Program-made: the position numbers and the translations under genes | Source: Bacteroidaceae bacterium | GTDB taxonomy: Bacteria > Bacteroidota > Bacteroidia > Bacteroidales > Bacteroidaceae | Assembly: GCA_045640065.1 (NCBI GenBank) | Contig: JAZUEH010000119.1 | Span: 19,075-83,074, forward strand | DNA: 64,000 bases | Reading direction: 5' to 3' | Part shown: positions 18,532 through 28,235 of the stretch, piece after piece | How positions within the stretch are numbered: position 1 is the stretch's first letter | Layout: every line of letters starts with the position of its first letter | The notes under the pieces: generated by a model | Database searches by the model: none | Told to the model about the DNA's origin: nothing | The model's input: only the letters and a program-made list of their open reading frames with translations

Positions 18532-20100
18532 ATGAAAAGACATAGCCCCCTTTTTTTTGTCATCCTCCTGCTTTCAGCCTGCTCCGGCAAACCGGGCAGC
18601 AATGTTACCGTATCAGCCGAAAGCCCTTCGGTATTTCCGGACTGCCGGGGCATAACGATTCCCTGCAACATTGCTCCTGTAAACTTCATGATTGACAATG
18701 AAGCAGATGCATACTATACCATTCTGACCGGCGGTGATTTTTCAATTGGCATAAAGGGCAAAAAGGTTTCAATTGACGAGAAGGACTGGTACAGACTGTT
18801 ATCGGCTCCAAACGGAGAAATCAGTGTCACAGTACATACGAAAAACAATGGCAGATGGACGGCAATGAGTCCTTTCAGCATGTCCATTAGCCGCGACTCG
18901 ATTGACAGTTACATTTCATATCGCGTCATTCCGCTTGCCGGTGAAGGATATGAGACTCTGGATCTGGTTCAACGGAACATCACGAACTTTGATGAAAACA
19001 TCTACTTCTCGAACACCATGCTGCAGCACCAGCAGGACGGGACATGCATCAATTGTCACCATTTCTCCAACTACAGGACTGACAACATGCAGTTCCACGT
19101 GCGCCAGTTCAAGGGAGGTACAGTAATGGTCATTGACGGGAAACTGAGAAAAGTCAATCTCAAGACCAATGGGACGGTATCGGCCGGAGTCTATCCTGCA
19201 TGGCATCCCACACACGATTTCATAGCTTATTCCAACAACAAGACCCATCAGTCGATCCATGCCATGAGCCATGACAAGATCGAGGTTCTTGATGACGAGA
19301 ACGATATTGTCCTGTACGACATTAATGAAAACACCGTCAGCCCAATAGAGAACGATTCAAGCGAGATGGAATGTTATCCGGCATGGTCTGCCGATGGACG
19401 GACACTGTATTACGTATCCAATCACTACGAAGCACCCTTCGGGCCGGAACGGAAAGCCCAGATTTTCGAGGATAGATTCAAGCTTCATTTCAATCTTTAT
19501 GCCAAGCCTTTTGACCCGGAAACACGTACATGGGGACCACATTATCTGGTTTACGATGCTGCAGCAGCAGACAGCAGCATGACATGGCCACGCGTTTCCC
19601 CTGACGGCCGATACATGATGACATGCATCAGCACTCACGGCATTTTCCCTTTGGACCAGATTGCATCGGACCTGTTCCTGTTCGATTTCAAGACCGGCAC
19701 TGCACGTAAGATTGACGAGATAAGCAGTCCTTATGCCGAAAGTTTCCATGTATGGTCAAGTAACAGCAAATGGGTCATGTTCAGCACCAGACGCGAAGAT
19801 GGAGTCTTTACCCGTCTGTATTTCAGTCACGTTGACGAGAACGGACATTTCTCCAAACCGTTTGCGCTGCCGCAGAAGAATCCCGAGTTCAACCGTTCTT
19901 TCCTATACGCCTTCAATATTGCGGAATTCATGGTTGAACCCATCAGGATCAGTCCCCATGATTTTGCCGATTTCATAGGCAGCAATGAAGCCGTACCTGC
20001 CGTATTTGAATCAAAGCGCGAGATTGACGCCCAAGGAGAACTGGTGATTTCCAGTTACCATCCGGACGCAACCAGCGGAGCATCCGTACTGGAACATTGA
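18532..20100 (+). CDS. Cassette protein B1: lipoprotein with single CXXCH motif and PD40/TolB-like beta-propeller repeats
   Basis: MKRHSPLFFVILLLSACSG lipobox, GTCINCHHF, YPAWSADGRTLYYVS, WPRVSPDGRYMMTCIS, WSSNSKWVMFSTRREDG. The start lies 10 nt after the A1 stop. Confidence 0.85.
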   Translation: MKRHSPLFFVILLLSACSGKPGSNVTVSAESPSVFPDCRGITIPCNIAPVNFMIDNEADAYYTILTGGDFSIGIKGKKVSIDEKDWYRLLSAPNGEISVTVHTKNNGRWTAMSPFSMSISRDSIDSYISYRVIPLAGEGYETLDLVQRNITNFDENIYFSNTMLQHQQDGTCINCHHFSNYRTDNMQFHVRQFKGGTVMVIDGKLRKVNLKTNGTVSAGVYPAWHPTHDFIAYSNNKTHQSIHAMSHDKIEVLDDENDIVLYDINENTVSPIENDSSEMECYPAWSADGRTLYYVSNHYEAPFGPERKAQIFEDRFKLHFNLYAKPFDPETRTWGPHYLVYDAAAADSSMTWPRVSPDGRYMMTCISTHGIFPLDQIASDLFLFDFKTGTARKIDEISSPYAESFHVWSSNSKWVMFSTRREDGVFTRLYFSHVDENGHFSKPFALPQKNPEFNRSFLYAFNIAEFMVEPIRISPHDFADFIGSNEAVPAVFESKREIDAQGELVISSYHPDATSGASVLEH

Positions 20101-20120
20101 GGAATCAAAACAGAGCAGTC

Positions 20121-22058
20121 ATGACAGCAACTATGAAAAAAACGCTACCGGTCTTGATTCCGGCACTTGTTCTCTGGTTCATACTGGCTTTCCCGTACGA
20201 GTCATTCCTATTCAAGACCGGTAATCTGTCACTATTCCTATTTGACTGGTCATTTTTCATGGATTCTCTGTCCATACCAGGCGGTTTTCTAGGGTGGGCC
20301 GGATCATTCTTCACCCAGTTCATGCTCATTCCGTGGTTTGGAGCCTTGCTATGGGTCGTTTTGCTCACTGCGGCAGGTATCCTCACTGCACGGATATATG
20401 ACATGCCGCGATCACTCATACCGGTAGCAGCCATACCGGTGGCACTTCTCATAATCGGGAACATGTCTGTCGGATACGGTATATATGTCATGAGAAGCCA
20501 GGATCATTTCTTCGCTCCTACGCTTGGTTATCTTCTCATGCTTGCCATTATGTACTCCACATGGCATGCCGGCAATGTATGGAAGAAAATGGCGGTATTA
20601 ACGGTATCGGCATTTTCCGGATATTGGCTTGCAGGTATTTTCGCATTGGCCGGAATTGCTGCCGCCGGCATAGGAAGCGTTTTCGAACCAGCCGGATACA
20701 GTCCGGCCAGCAGCAGATCGGGACGTTTCATTCCGATGTTGCTGGCAACCGTCCTATGTATTGCCGTTCCCTATGCACTATATGGCCTTTTTACCAGCTA
20801 TAATCTTGCTGACAGCTGGTCAATGGGATTGCCGTCAGTGTATTCAAGATCATGGAATAGTTCTTTGCGGGCTCCCTACTGGTGTCTGTTCGTACTTGCT
20901 GTCGTATTGTCGGCTATCAGACCTTTATTTGCAAAGGTTTCCCGGACAGACCGGTCTTTGAAGATCCTGTCCATCGCTCTGACCCTTGCGGCAATTGTCC
21001 CTACATACCTGTTCTGGTATAAGGACAGCAACTTCAGAACAGAGTTGGAAATGTCAGCGGCGACAGAAAAACAGGACTGGCAGAAAGCTGTCGAGATTTA
21101 CAGGCAGGCATCAACCGGCTGCGTGGATAAGGAAAAGAAGACATACTCAAAACTGAAGGACAGACTTTCCCGTGCCGGAAACGAAAAGTCATACGAAAGG
21201 ACTCTTGACAGATATGAAGACCGGTTCTTCGAGCCAACCAGACTGATGATTCTTTACCGGGATCTGGCGTTGCTCAAACTGGACAGGGCGCTTGATTCGT
21301 CATTTGCCTTGCGTGATGGGGATAAACCGCAGAAATCCCCGGTAAACATATCGCTGACATTTCAGGCGGGACCGGAAATCTACTTCAATTACGGACTGGT
21401 CAACATGGCATACAGATGGTGTCTTGAAAACCAGTCCCAGTTCGGATGGAGCTTCCATACTTTGAAATACATGGCCATGCATGCCGTCATCATGAACGAG
21501 CCTGAATTTGCCGACAAGTTCCTGGACAAGCTTGAAAGAACAATATTCTTCAAATCATGGAGCAGACAGCAGAGACAGCTTTCCACTGACATGTCCTCCA
21601 TGTCACAGACAATGCCATATCGGGAAGTAATTCCATATATGGATTTTGAAGATTACCTTTCAATGGACGGCAGCAATATCGAGACCTTCCTTATGCTTCA
21701 TTTCATAAAAGACCGCGGCACAGTAAAGAGCCCAGAATTCTTCAGGGCGGCCATACTGTGGGCCATGAGGTCCAAAGATCCCGGTACATTCTGGGATACT
21801 TTCTTTAGATATTACAATTCGCCCAGAGAAGGCAAACTGCCAACGCACGTTCAAGAAGCACTATTGCTTTTCAACAGCATGGAAAGGACTATTGCCGGCA
21901 TCCATTTTGATGGAAACATCCTGGACCGGTTCGAATCATTTCAGGAATACGTCATACAGAATGAAACTACGGGCGGCATCGAACCGTTCCCCGCATGGCT
22001 CAAATTCGGAAATACGTATTTCTACTATTACCTTTTCCAGGACACAGAACCGTTCTGA
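20121..22058 (+). CDS. Cassette protein A2: paralogue of A1
   Basis: Collinear with A1 over its full length and keeps the same conserved blocks. The track ORF starts at TTG 20097, overlapping the B1 stop; ATG 20121 is preferred by paralogue alignment. Confidence 0.85.
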   Translation: MTATMKKTLPVLIPALVLWFILAFPYESFLFKTGNLSLFLFDWSFFMDSLSIPGGFLGWAGSFFTQFMLIPWFGALLWVVLLTAAGILTARIYDMPRSLIPVAAIPVALLIIGNMSVGYGIYVMRSQDHFFAPTLGYLLMLAIMYSTWHAGNVWKKMAVLTVSAFSGYWLAGIFALAGIAAAGIGSVFEPAGYSPASSRSGRFIPMLLATVLCIAVPYALYGLFTSYNLADSWSMGLPSVYSRSWNSSLRAPYWCLFVLAVVLSAIRPLFAKVSRTDRSLKILSIALTLAAIVPTYLFWYKDSNFRTELEMSAATEKQDWQKAVEIYRQASTGCVDKEKKTYSKLKDRLSRAGNEKSYERTLDRYEDRFFEPTRLMILYRDLALLKLDRALDSSFALRDGDKPQKSPVNISLTFQAGPEIYFNYGLVNMAYRWCLENQSQFGWSFHTLKYMAMHAVIMNEPEFADKFLDKLERTIFFKSWSRQQRQLSTDMSSMSQTMPYREVIPYMDFEDYLSMDGSNIETFLMLHFIKDRGTVKSPEFFRAAILWAMRSKDPGTFWDTFFRYYNSPREGKLPTHVQEALLLFNSMERTIAGIHFDGNILDRFESFQEYVIQNETTGGIEPFPAWLKFGNTYFYYYLFQDTEPF

Positions 22059-22067
22059 TTAACTGAT

Positions 22068-23567
22068 ATGAAACGAATCCCCATACTCATACTTGCTTCA
22101 ATGCTGGCCGCCTGTTCCGGCAGACCCGGCAATGATGCCGGAATATCGGACAGCCAACCGCGCATTTTCCCGGACTACCGCGAAGTCATGATTCCGCGCA
22201 ACATTGCTCCCATGAATTTCATAATAGACAATGAAGCCGATGCATACTATACCGTTCTGTCAAACGGAGATGAGGAAGTGAGCATAAAAGGCAGGAAAGT
22301 ATGCATATCGGACAAGAAGTGGAGAAAATTGGTTTCCGGTCCCGAAGACCATATCGACATCAGGATCAATATCAGGAATGACAGGCAATGGACAGGATTG
22401 GAACCGTTCTCCATATCACTCAGCAACGATCTGATAGACCGGTACATTTCTTACCGCAGGCTCCCACTTGTAGGAAGATTCTATCATGTTCTGGATATGG
22501 TTCAGCGCGACATTACCTGTTTTGATGAAAAGACCTATCTTTCCAACACCATGATTCAGAACGAGGACAATGGTACATGCATAAACTGCCATGCCTATTC
22601 ACACTACAGGACAGACAACATGCAGTTCCATGTACGGCAGTATAGAGGAGGGACAATACTGGTCACTGACGGACAGATGAAAAAGATCAACCTTAAGACC
22701 GATTCGACAGTATCGGCAGGTGTATATCCGGCATGGCATCCCACACACGATTTCATTGCCTACTCCAACAACAAGACATTCCAGTCGGTACATGCAATGA
22801 GTCACGACAAGATTGAAGTCCTGGATGAGGAGAACGATATAGTTCTTTATGATATAAGAAACAACACCGTCAGTCCCGTTGAGAACGATTCCTGCGAAAT
22901 GGAATGCTTTCCGACATGGGCAGCCGACGGACGTACGCTGTATTATGTATCGAATCACTACGAAGATCCGTTCGATTCGCAACGAGGCGCCAGACTTTTC
23001 ACCAACGACCGGGAACTGCATTTCAATCTGTACGCCAAGCCTTTCAATCCCGACACACGCACATGGGGACAGCACCGGCTCGTGTATGACGCCGCCTCCC
23101 GTGACAGCAGCATGACATGGCCACGTGTGTCTCCAGACGGACGCTATCTGATGGCCTGCATAAGCACCCACGGAATATTTCCACTGGATCAGATTGCATC
23201 GGACCTGTTTCTGTTCGATTTCCAGACCGGCAACGCCAGGCACATTGACGAACTGAACAGCCAGTTTGCCGAAAGTTACCATTCATGGGCAAGCAGCAGC
23301 AGATGGGTCATGTTCAGTACCAGGCGTGAAGACGGTGTCTTTACCCGTCTATACTTCAGTCACGTTGACGATAACGGCAACTTTTCCAAGCCGTTTGCCC
23401 TTCCGCAGAAAAACCCGGAATTCAACCGGGAGCAGCTTGTCGCATTCAACGTGGCTGAATTCATGACCGAACCTATAAGATTCAGTGCAAAAGAATTTGC
23501 AGACTTCATAGATGATAATGCGGCAATACCTGCATTGTTCGAATCAAAACGTGAAACAGACAACTGA
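22068..23567 (+). CDS. Cassette protein B2: paralogue of B1 (lacks the C-terminal tail present in B1 and B3)
   Basis: MKRIPILILASMLAACSG lipobox, GTCINCHAY, and the same PD40-like blocks. It ends at ...FESKRETDN. Confidence 0.85.
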   Translation: MKRIPILILASMLAACSGRPGNDAGISDSQPRIFPDYREVMIPRNIAPMNFIIDNEADAYYTVLSNGDEEVSIKGRKVCISDKKWRKLVSGPEDHIDIRINIRNDRQWTGLEPFSISLSNDLIDRYISYRRLPLVGRFYHVLDMVQRDITCFDEKTYLSNTMIQNEDNGTCINCHAYSHYRTDNMQFHVRQYRGGTILVTDGQMKKINLKTDSTVSAGVYPAWHPTHDFIAYSNNKTFQSVHAMSHDKIEVLDEENDIVLYDIRNNTVSPVENDSCEMECFPTWAADGRTLYYVSNHYEDPFDSQRGARLFTNDRELHFNLYAKPFNPDTRTWGQHRLVYDAASRDSSMTWPRVSPDGRYLMACISTHGIFPLDQIASDLFLFDFQTGNARHIDELNSQFAESYHSWASSSRWVMFSTRREDGVFTRLYFSHVDDNGNFSKPFALPQKNPEFNREQLVAFNVAEFMTEPIRFSAKEFADFIDDNAAIPALFESKRETDN

Positions 23568-23584
23568 AATCAATAATAAATGGA

Positions 23585-25534
23585 ATGAAAACAAACATAA
23601 GGAAAACGTTTCCCGCAGCATTGGCTGCCGTGGTTCTTTGGGCCATTCTGACATTTACCCGAAAGGCGTTCCTTTTCAAGACATGTGACCTTTCCCTGTT
23701 CCTTTTTGACTGGACATTCCTTTGGGATTCCTTCAAAATTCCCGGAGGTTTCCTGAGTTGGACAGGCTCATTCTTCACACAGTTCCTGTATTTCCCATGG
23801 CTCGGAGCTCTGATTTGGGTCATTCTTCTTTTTTCGGTCGGAATTCTCACTGTACGAATATTCAGACTTCCATCCGACAAGACTGCTTTGGCTGTCATCC
23901 CTGTTGCCCTGCTGATAATTGCCAACATGTCTCTTGGATACGGAATATTCATAATGAGATCTCAGGACTATTTCTTTGCTCCAACGTTAGGATATCTTTT
24001 CATGCTTGCTGTGATGGCAGCCTCATGGCATGCACCGAAGTGCTGGCTGAAATTTGTCATCCTGGCGGTATCGGCTTTTGCAGGTTATATACTTGCAGGA
24101 ATTTTTGCACTTGCAGGTGTAGCGGCAGCCGGTATCGGATTGGCAGCCGGACCTGAAAAAGACGGGCACGACGAGAGTCACACACTTTGGACCAGATTTG
24201 CTTTTCCTGCCCTATCCGCAATCCTGTGTGTGGTAACTCCAATCCTGTTGTACGGTCTATTTACCAGATATCGGTTGACCGACAGTTGGAATATGGGGCT
24301 TCCTTCAGTCTCACATGACGAATGGACAGTATGGGTACGTCTGCCGCTATGGCTGATAATGGGATTTGCCGTTGTCATGGCAATAATGCGCAGCATTATC
24401 AGTCGGTCAGAAGCCCCCCGGAAACGCGTCCATGTCACCAATGCAGTTCTGACAACTGTTGCAATTGGAGCCATAGTCCTGTTCTGGTATAAGGACGAAA
24501 ACTTCAAGACTGAACTGGAAATGTCAATCGCCACAGACCATTGCGAGTGGAAACAGGTTACAGACATTTTCCACAAGGCATCCATGCGTCATATAGACAA
24601 GGAAAAGAAATTGTATGAAAAACGTCAGAAAGAACTGGCCGGTGTCCAGGACAAAGCCACATACGACTTGATTCTGGAAGAATATGATGATTGCTTTTTC
24701 CAGCCGACGCGTCTCATGGTTTTGCTTCGTGACCTGGCACTTATCAGACAAGGTAAGGAATTCGAACAGGCTTTCGCAATGCGGGACGGTGCTAGACAAC
24801 AGAAATCAAGGACCCAGGTTGCAATGGTGATACAGGCCGGACGTCAGCTGTATCTGAATTACGGACTTATCAATCAGGAATACAGGTGGTGTCTTGAAGA
24901 TCAGGTAGAACATGGCTGGTGCTTCGGCACACTTAAATACATGGCAATGCACGCCATAATCATGAATGAGACCGAATTCGCTTCCCGATATCTCGACAAA
25001 CTCGACAAGACACTGTTCTATCGCGGCTGGAGCCGAAGCCAACGTAAGCTTTCAGAAGATTCACTTGCAATGTCACAGGCACTGCCCTATAGTGACATTC
25101 TGCCACTGATGAGTTTCAGCGACCGCATGTCAAATGACCGTGTCAAGATCGAGACATACCTTATGAGTCATTTTGCCAATGACAGGGACTCCATGGCAAC
25201 ACATCAGTTCGACAGTGCTGCACTTTTCTGGGCAATGCGCACTCAGGACATTGACATGTTCTGGAAGGCACTTGCCCAATACATTGAAACTGCACCGGAT
25301 CTCAATCTGCCCAAGAGTGTCCAGGAAGCGGTCATACTCTACAGCAACCTTGAGCAGGAAGACATGGGCATACCCGTGGAAAAGTCTGTCATTGACAGTT
25401 TCTCCTCATTCAGAAATTATTCTCAAAAATCACAATTCAGAAGTGAAAAAGAGGCAATGTTCCCATTATGGCTCAATTTTGGCAACACATTCTACTATTA
25501 CTACTATTTTATTCGCGGTCTCAAGACATTCTGA
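23585..25534 (+). CDS. Cassette protein A3: paralogue of A1 and A2
   Basis: 649 aa and collinear with A1/A2. Blocks: IPGGFLSWTGSFFTQF, FFAPTLGYLFML, FFQPTRLMVLLRD, YRWCLED, YMAMHAIIMNETEFA, FGNTFYYYYY. Confidence 0.85.
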   Translation: MKTNIRKTFPAALAAVVLWAILTFTRKAFLFKTCDLSLFLFDWTFLWDSFKIPGGFLSWTGSFFTQFLYFPWLGALIWVILLFSVGILTVRIFRLPSDKTALAVIPVALLIIANMSLGYGIFIMRSQDYFFAPTLGYLFMLAVMAASWHAPKCWLKFVILAVSAFAGYILAGIFALAGVAAAGIGLAAGPEKDGHDESHTLWTRFAFPALSAILCVVTPILLYGLFTRYRLTDSWNMGLPSVSHDEWTVWVRLPLWLIMGFAVVMAIMRSIISRSEAPRKRVHVTNAVLTTVAIGAIVLFWYKDENFKTELEMSIATDHCEWKQVTDIFHKASMRHIDKEKKLYEKRQKELAGVQDKATYDLILEEYDDCFFQPTRLMVLLRDLALIRQGKEFEQAFAMRDGARQQKSRTQVAMVIQAGRQLYLNYGLINQEYRWCLEDQVEHGWCFGTLKYMAMHAIIMNETEFASRYLDKLDKTLFYRGWSRSQRKLSEDSLAMSQALPYSDILPLMSFSDRMSNDRVKIETYLMSHFANDRDSMATHQFDSAALFWAMRTQDIDMFWKALAQYIETAPDLNLPKSVQEAVILYSNLEQEDMGIPVEKSVIDSFSSFRNYSQKSQFRSEKEAMFPLWLNFGNTFYYYYYFIRGLKTF

Positions 25535-25542
25535 TTCAGATT

Positions 25543-27138
25543 ATGAAAAGGTACACCATATATATTATCACCGCTTTGGTTGCCGCGGCATGTTCAGGCA
25601 AGCCGGGCAACAATGCAGTCAACTCGGATGAAAGTCCCAGAATATTCCCGGACTACAGCAATGTGGTCATTCCCCGCAACATTGCCCCAACCAACTTCAT
25701 GATTGACAATGAGGCTGATGCTTATTTCACCGTTCTCTCAAACGGTAGTGCATCGGTTGAAAAGAAGGGACGCAAGGTCATCATGGGCAAGAATGAATGG
25801 TCAGAGCTTGCAAACGGTCAGAGTAATTCAATTTCTGTTCAGGTCTACACAAAGAAAAATGATCAGTGGACCTCACTGGCTCCATTTACTATGTCATTGA
25901 GCGACGACCCGATAGACAGATACATAACCTACCGTCGTATTCCAGTAGCTGTTGAAGCATACGAGATTCTGGACCTTTGCCAGCGTGACATCACTGACTT
26001 TCATGAAAAAGTGTTCCTGTCCAACACCATGGTTCAGGACAACAGTAACGGCACATGCATAAACTGCCATCACTGCGGCAACTACAGCGCTTCCAAAATG
26101 CAGTTCCATATACGTCAGTTCAAGGGTGGAACGGTTTTGTTCTTTGACAATGAACTGCGCAAAGTCAATATGAAAACCGATTCGACCATGTCAGCCGGCG
26201 TCTATCCGTCCTGGCATCCCACACATGACTACATTGCATATTCAAACAACAAGACCCATCAGTCGGTCCATGCCATGAGTCATGACAAGCTTGAAGTCAT
26301 TGACGAAGAGAATGATATTGTTCTCTACAACATACGCGAAAACGCAGTCAGCCCAATTGAAACTGACTCGAGCGAACTTGAATGCTTCCCTGGATGGTCA
26401 GCCGACGGACGTACCCTATACTATGTTTCGGCACACTACGAAGCACCTTTCGGGCCCCAGCGTAAAAGCCAGATTTTTCTGGATCGGGAGCAGCTGCACT
26501 TCAACCTGTATGCAAAACCTTTTGATCCGGACACCCGCACATGGGGACCGCATTATCTGGTATATGATGCTGTTGCTGCCGACAGCAGCATGACATGGCC
26601 ACGTCTTTCCCCTGACGGCCGCTACATGATGACCTGTATAAGCACCCACGGAATTTTCCCGCTCGACCAGATAGCATCGGACCTGTTTCTGTTCGACTTC
26701 AAGAAGGGTACTGCACGCCGTATTGACGAGATCAACAGCCAGTATGCAGAAAGTTACCACGTGTGGTCGAGCAACAGCAAATGGGTAATGTTCAGTACCC
26801 GTCGCGAAGATGGTGTCCACACCCGTCTATACTTCAGTCATATAGATGAGAATGGCAATTTTTCCAAACCTTTTGCACTTCCGCAGAAGGATCCGGAATT
26901 CAACCGCAGCCATCTATACGCCTTCAACATACCCGAGTTCATGACAGAACCCATCACAATAAGTGCAAAGGAATTTGCCCGTTTCATATTGGAAAACGAT
27001 GCTGTCCCGGCAGCATTCGAATCCAAACGTGAAACGAACGAACAGGGTGAGCTGATAACGACCGACTACCGGATAGACGGACACACAGGTGCATCTGAGA
27101 CGCGCAATAATGATAACGAAGAAATGTACCTACACTGA
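25543..27138 (+). CDS. Cassette protein B3: paralogue of B1 and B2
   Basis: MKRYTIYIITALVAAACSG lipobox, GTCINCHHC, and the PD40-like blocks. The track ORF starts 25 codons upstream, inside A3. Confidence 0.85.
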   Translation: MKRYTIYIITALVAAACSGKPGNNAVNSDESPRIFPDYSNVVIPRNIAPTNFMIDNEADAYFTVLSNGSASVEKKGRKVIMGKNEWSELANGQSNSISVQVYTKKNDQWTSLAPFTMSLSDDPIDRYITYRRIPVAVEAYEILDLCQRDITDFHEKVFLSNTMVQDNSNGTCINCHHCGNYSASKMQFHIRQFKGGTVLFFDNELRKVNMKTDSTMSAGVYPSWHPTHDYIAYSNNKTHQSVHAMSHDKLEVIDEENDIVLYNIRENAVSPIETDSSELECFPGWSADGRTLYYVSAHYEAPFGPQRKSQIFLDREQLHFNLYAKPFDPDTRTWGPHYLVYDAVAADSSMTWPRLSPDGRYMMTCISTHGIFPLDQIASDLFLFDFKKGTARRIDEINSQYAESYHVWSSNSKWVMFSTRREDGVHTRLYFSHIDENGNFSKPFALPQKDPEFNRSHLYAFNIPEFMTEPITISAKEFARFILENDAVPAAFESKRETNEQGELITTDYRIDGHTGASETRNNDNEEMYLH

Positions 27139-27143
27139 TTCAT

Positions 27144-28235
27144 ATGAAAAGACCTGCTATCATAACATTAGCTCTGCTGATTTGCTTGAATGTATTTTCG
27201 GCACCAAAAAACGGAGATGAGTTTGTTCTGGTAATAGATGCCGGACACGGCGGGAAAGATCCCGGAGCAGTCAACGGCAAAAACCAGGAAAAGACAATCA
27301 ATCTGGCAGTCGCTCTGAAAATGGGAGAACTGATTGAAAAGAAATGCAGCAATGTACGTGTCATCTATACCAGAAAGACCGATGTATTCGTAGAACTCTA
27401 CCGTCGCGCCGAAATAGCTAATGAAGCTGATGCCGACATGTTCATTTCAATCCATACCAATGCCAATGTCAACAAAAGTGCGAAAGGTGCTGAAACATAT
27501 ATTCTAGGCGTAGAAGAAAATCGAACATCAGCAAATCTGAATGTGGCACTGGCCGAGAACAAAGCCATTGTGCTTGAGGCTGATTACGAAGCGCATTACG
27601 AAGGTTATGATCCAAACAGCCCTGAAAGCATGATCATCTTTGAATTCATGCAGAACGAGCATCAGAAGGAAAGTCTTAAAATGGCCGAATTCGCACAAAA
27701 ACGTATGGCCACATATGCATCCCGCCCTAATCGGGGAGTTCACCAGGCTGGATACCTTGTCCTATGGAAGAACAGTATGCCAAGCATTCTGGTTGAGCTT
27801 GGATTCATCTCCAATCAGGAAGAGTGCCGATACCTCACTTCAAGCCAGGGAATAACCAGAATGGCCGAAAGTCTTGAAAAGGCCTTCGAAGACTATCTTT
27901 CCTATCACAGGGAACTTGAATCAAAATCCATACAATATAGTGCCAATAAGGACAGCCATTCAGATATGGTAAGTTATTCTGACACTACAAGCAGTGATGA
28001 GATTGTATGGAAGATTCAGTTCATGACATCTGAAAAGAAGATTCCGACCAATGACAAACGCATTTCCGGTTTGAAGAACTGTTCCTGTTACGAAGAAGGA
28101 GGGTTGTTCAAATATACGTGTGGAGACGACACAGACAAGAAAAAGGTTACGGAATATCTGAAAAGTGTAAAATCACGATTTCCCGATGCCTTCCTGGTTC
28201 AATTCAAGAATGGCAAAAGAGTAATTGTGAAATAG
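27144..28235 (+). CDS. N-acetylmuramoyl-L-alanine amidase (Amidase_3, AmiC-like) with probable C-terminal SPOR domain
   Basis: VLVIDAGHGGKDPGAV and MFISIHTNA (Amidase_3 zinc-site motifs). The C-terminal ~80 aa (VWKIQFMTSEKKI...FKYTCGDDTDKKKVTEYLKSVKSRFPDAFLVQF) looks SPOR-like. The start lies 5 nt after the B3 stop. Confidence 0.88.
   Translation: MKRPAIITLALLICLNVFSAPKNGDEFVLVIDAGHGGKDPGAVNGKNQEKTINLAVALKMGELIEKKCSNVRVIYTRKTDVFVELYRRAEIANEADADMFISIHTNANVNKSAKGAETYILGVEENRTSANLNVALAENKAIVLEADYEAHYEGYDPNSPESMIIFEFMQNEHQKESLKMAEFAQKRMATYASRPNRGVHQAGYLVLWKNSMPSILVELGFISNQEECRYLTSSQGITRMAESLEKAFEDYLSYHRELESKSIQYSANKDSHSDMVSYSDTTSSDEIVWKIQFMTSEKKIPTNDKRISGLKNCSCYEEGGLFKYTCGDDTDKKKVTEYLKSVKSRFPDAFLVQFKNGKRVIVK

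Noticed and set aside
16577-23952. Mutually similar antisense ORFs at the 5' ends of A1, A2 and A3 (16577-16951, 20105-20491, 23506-23952, all minus strand)
   Set aside because: Their similarity to each other simply mirrors conservation of the sense-strand A paralogues. They have no independent start context, and they are Pro/Arg/Ser-rich as expected for antisense shadows.
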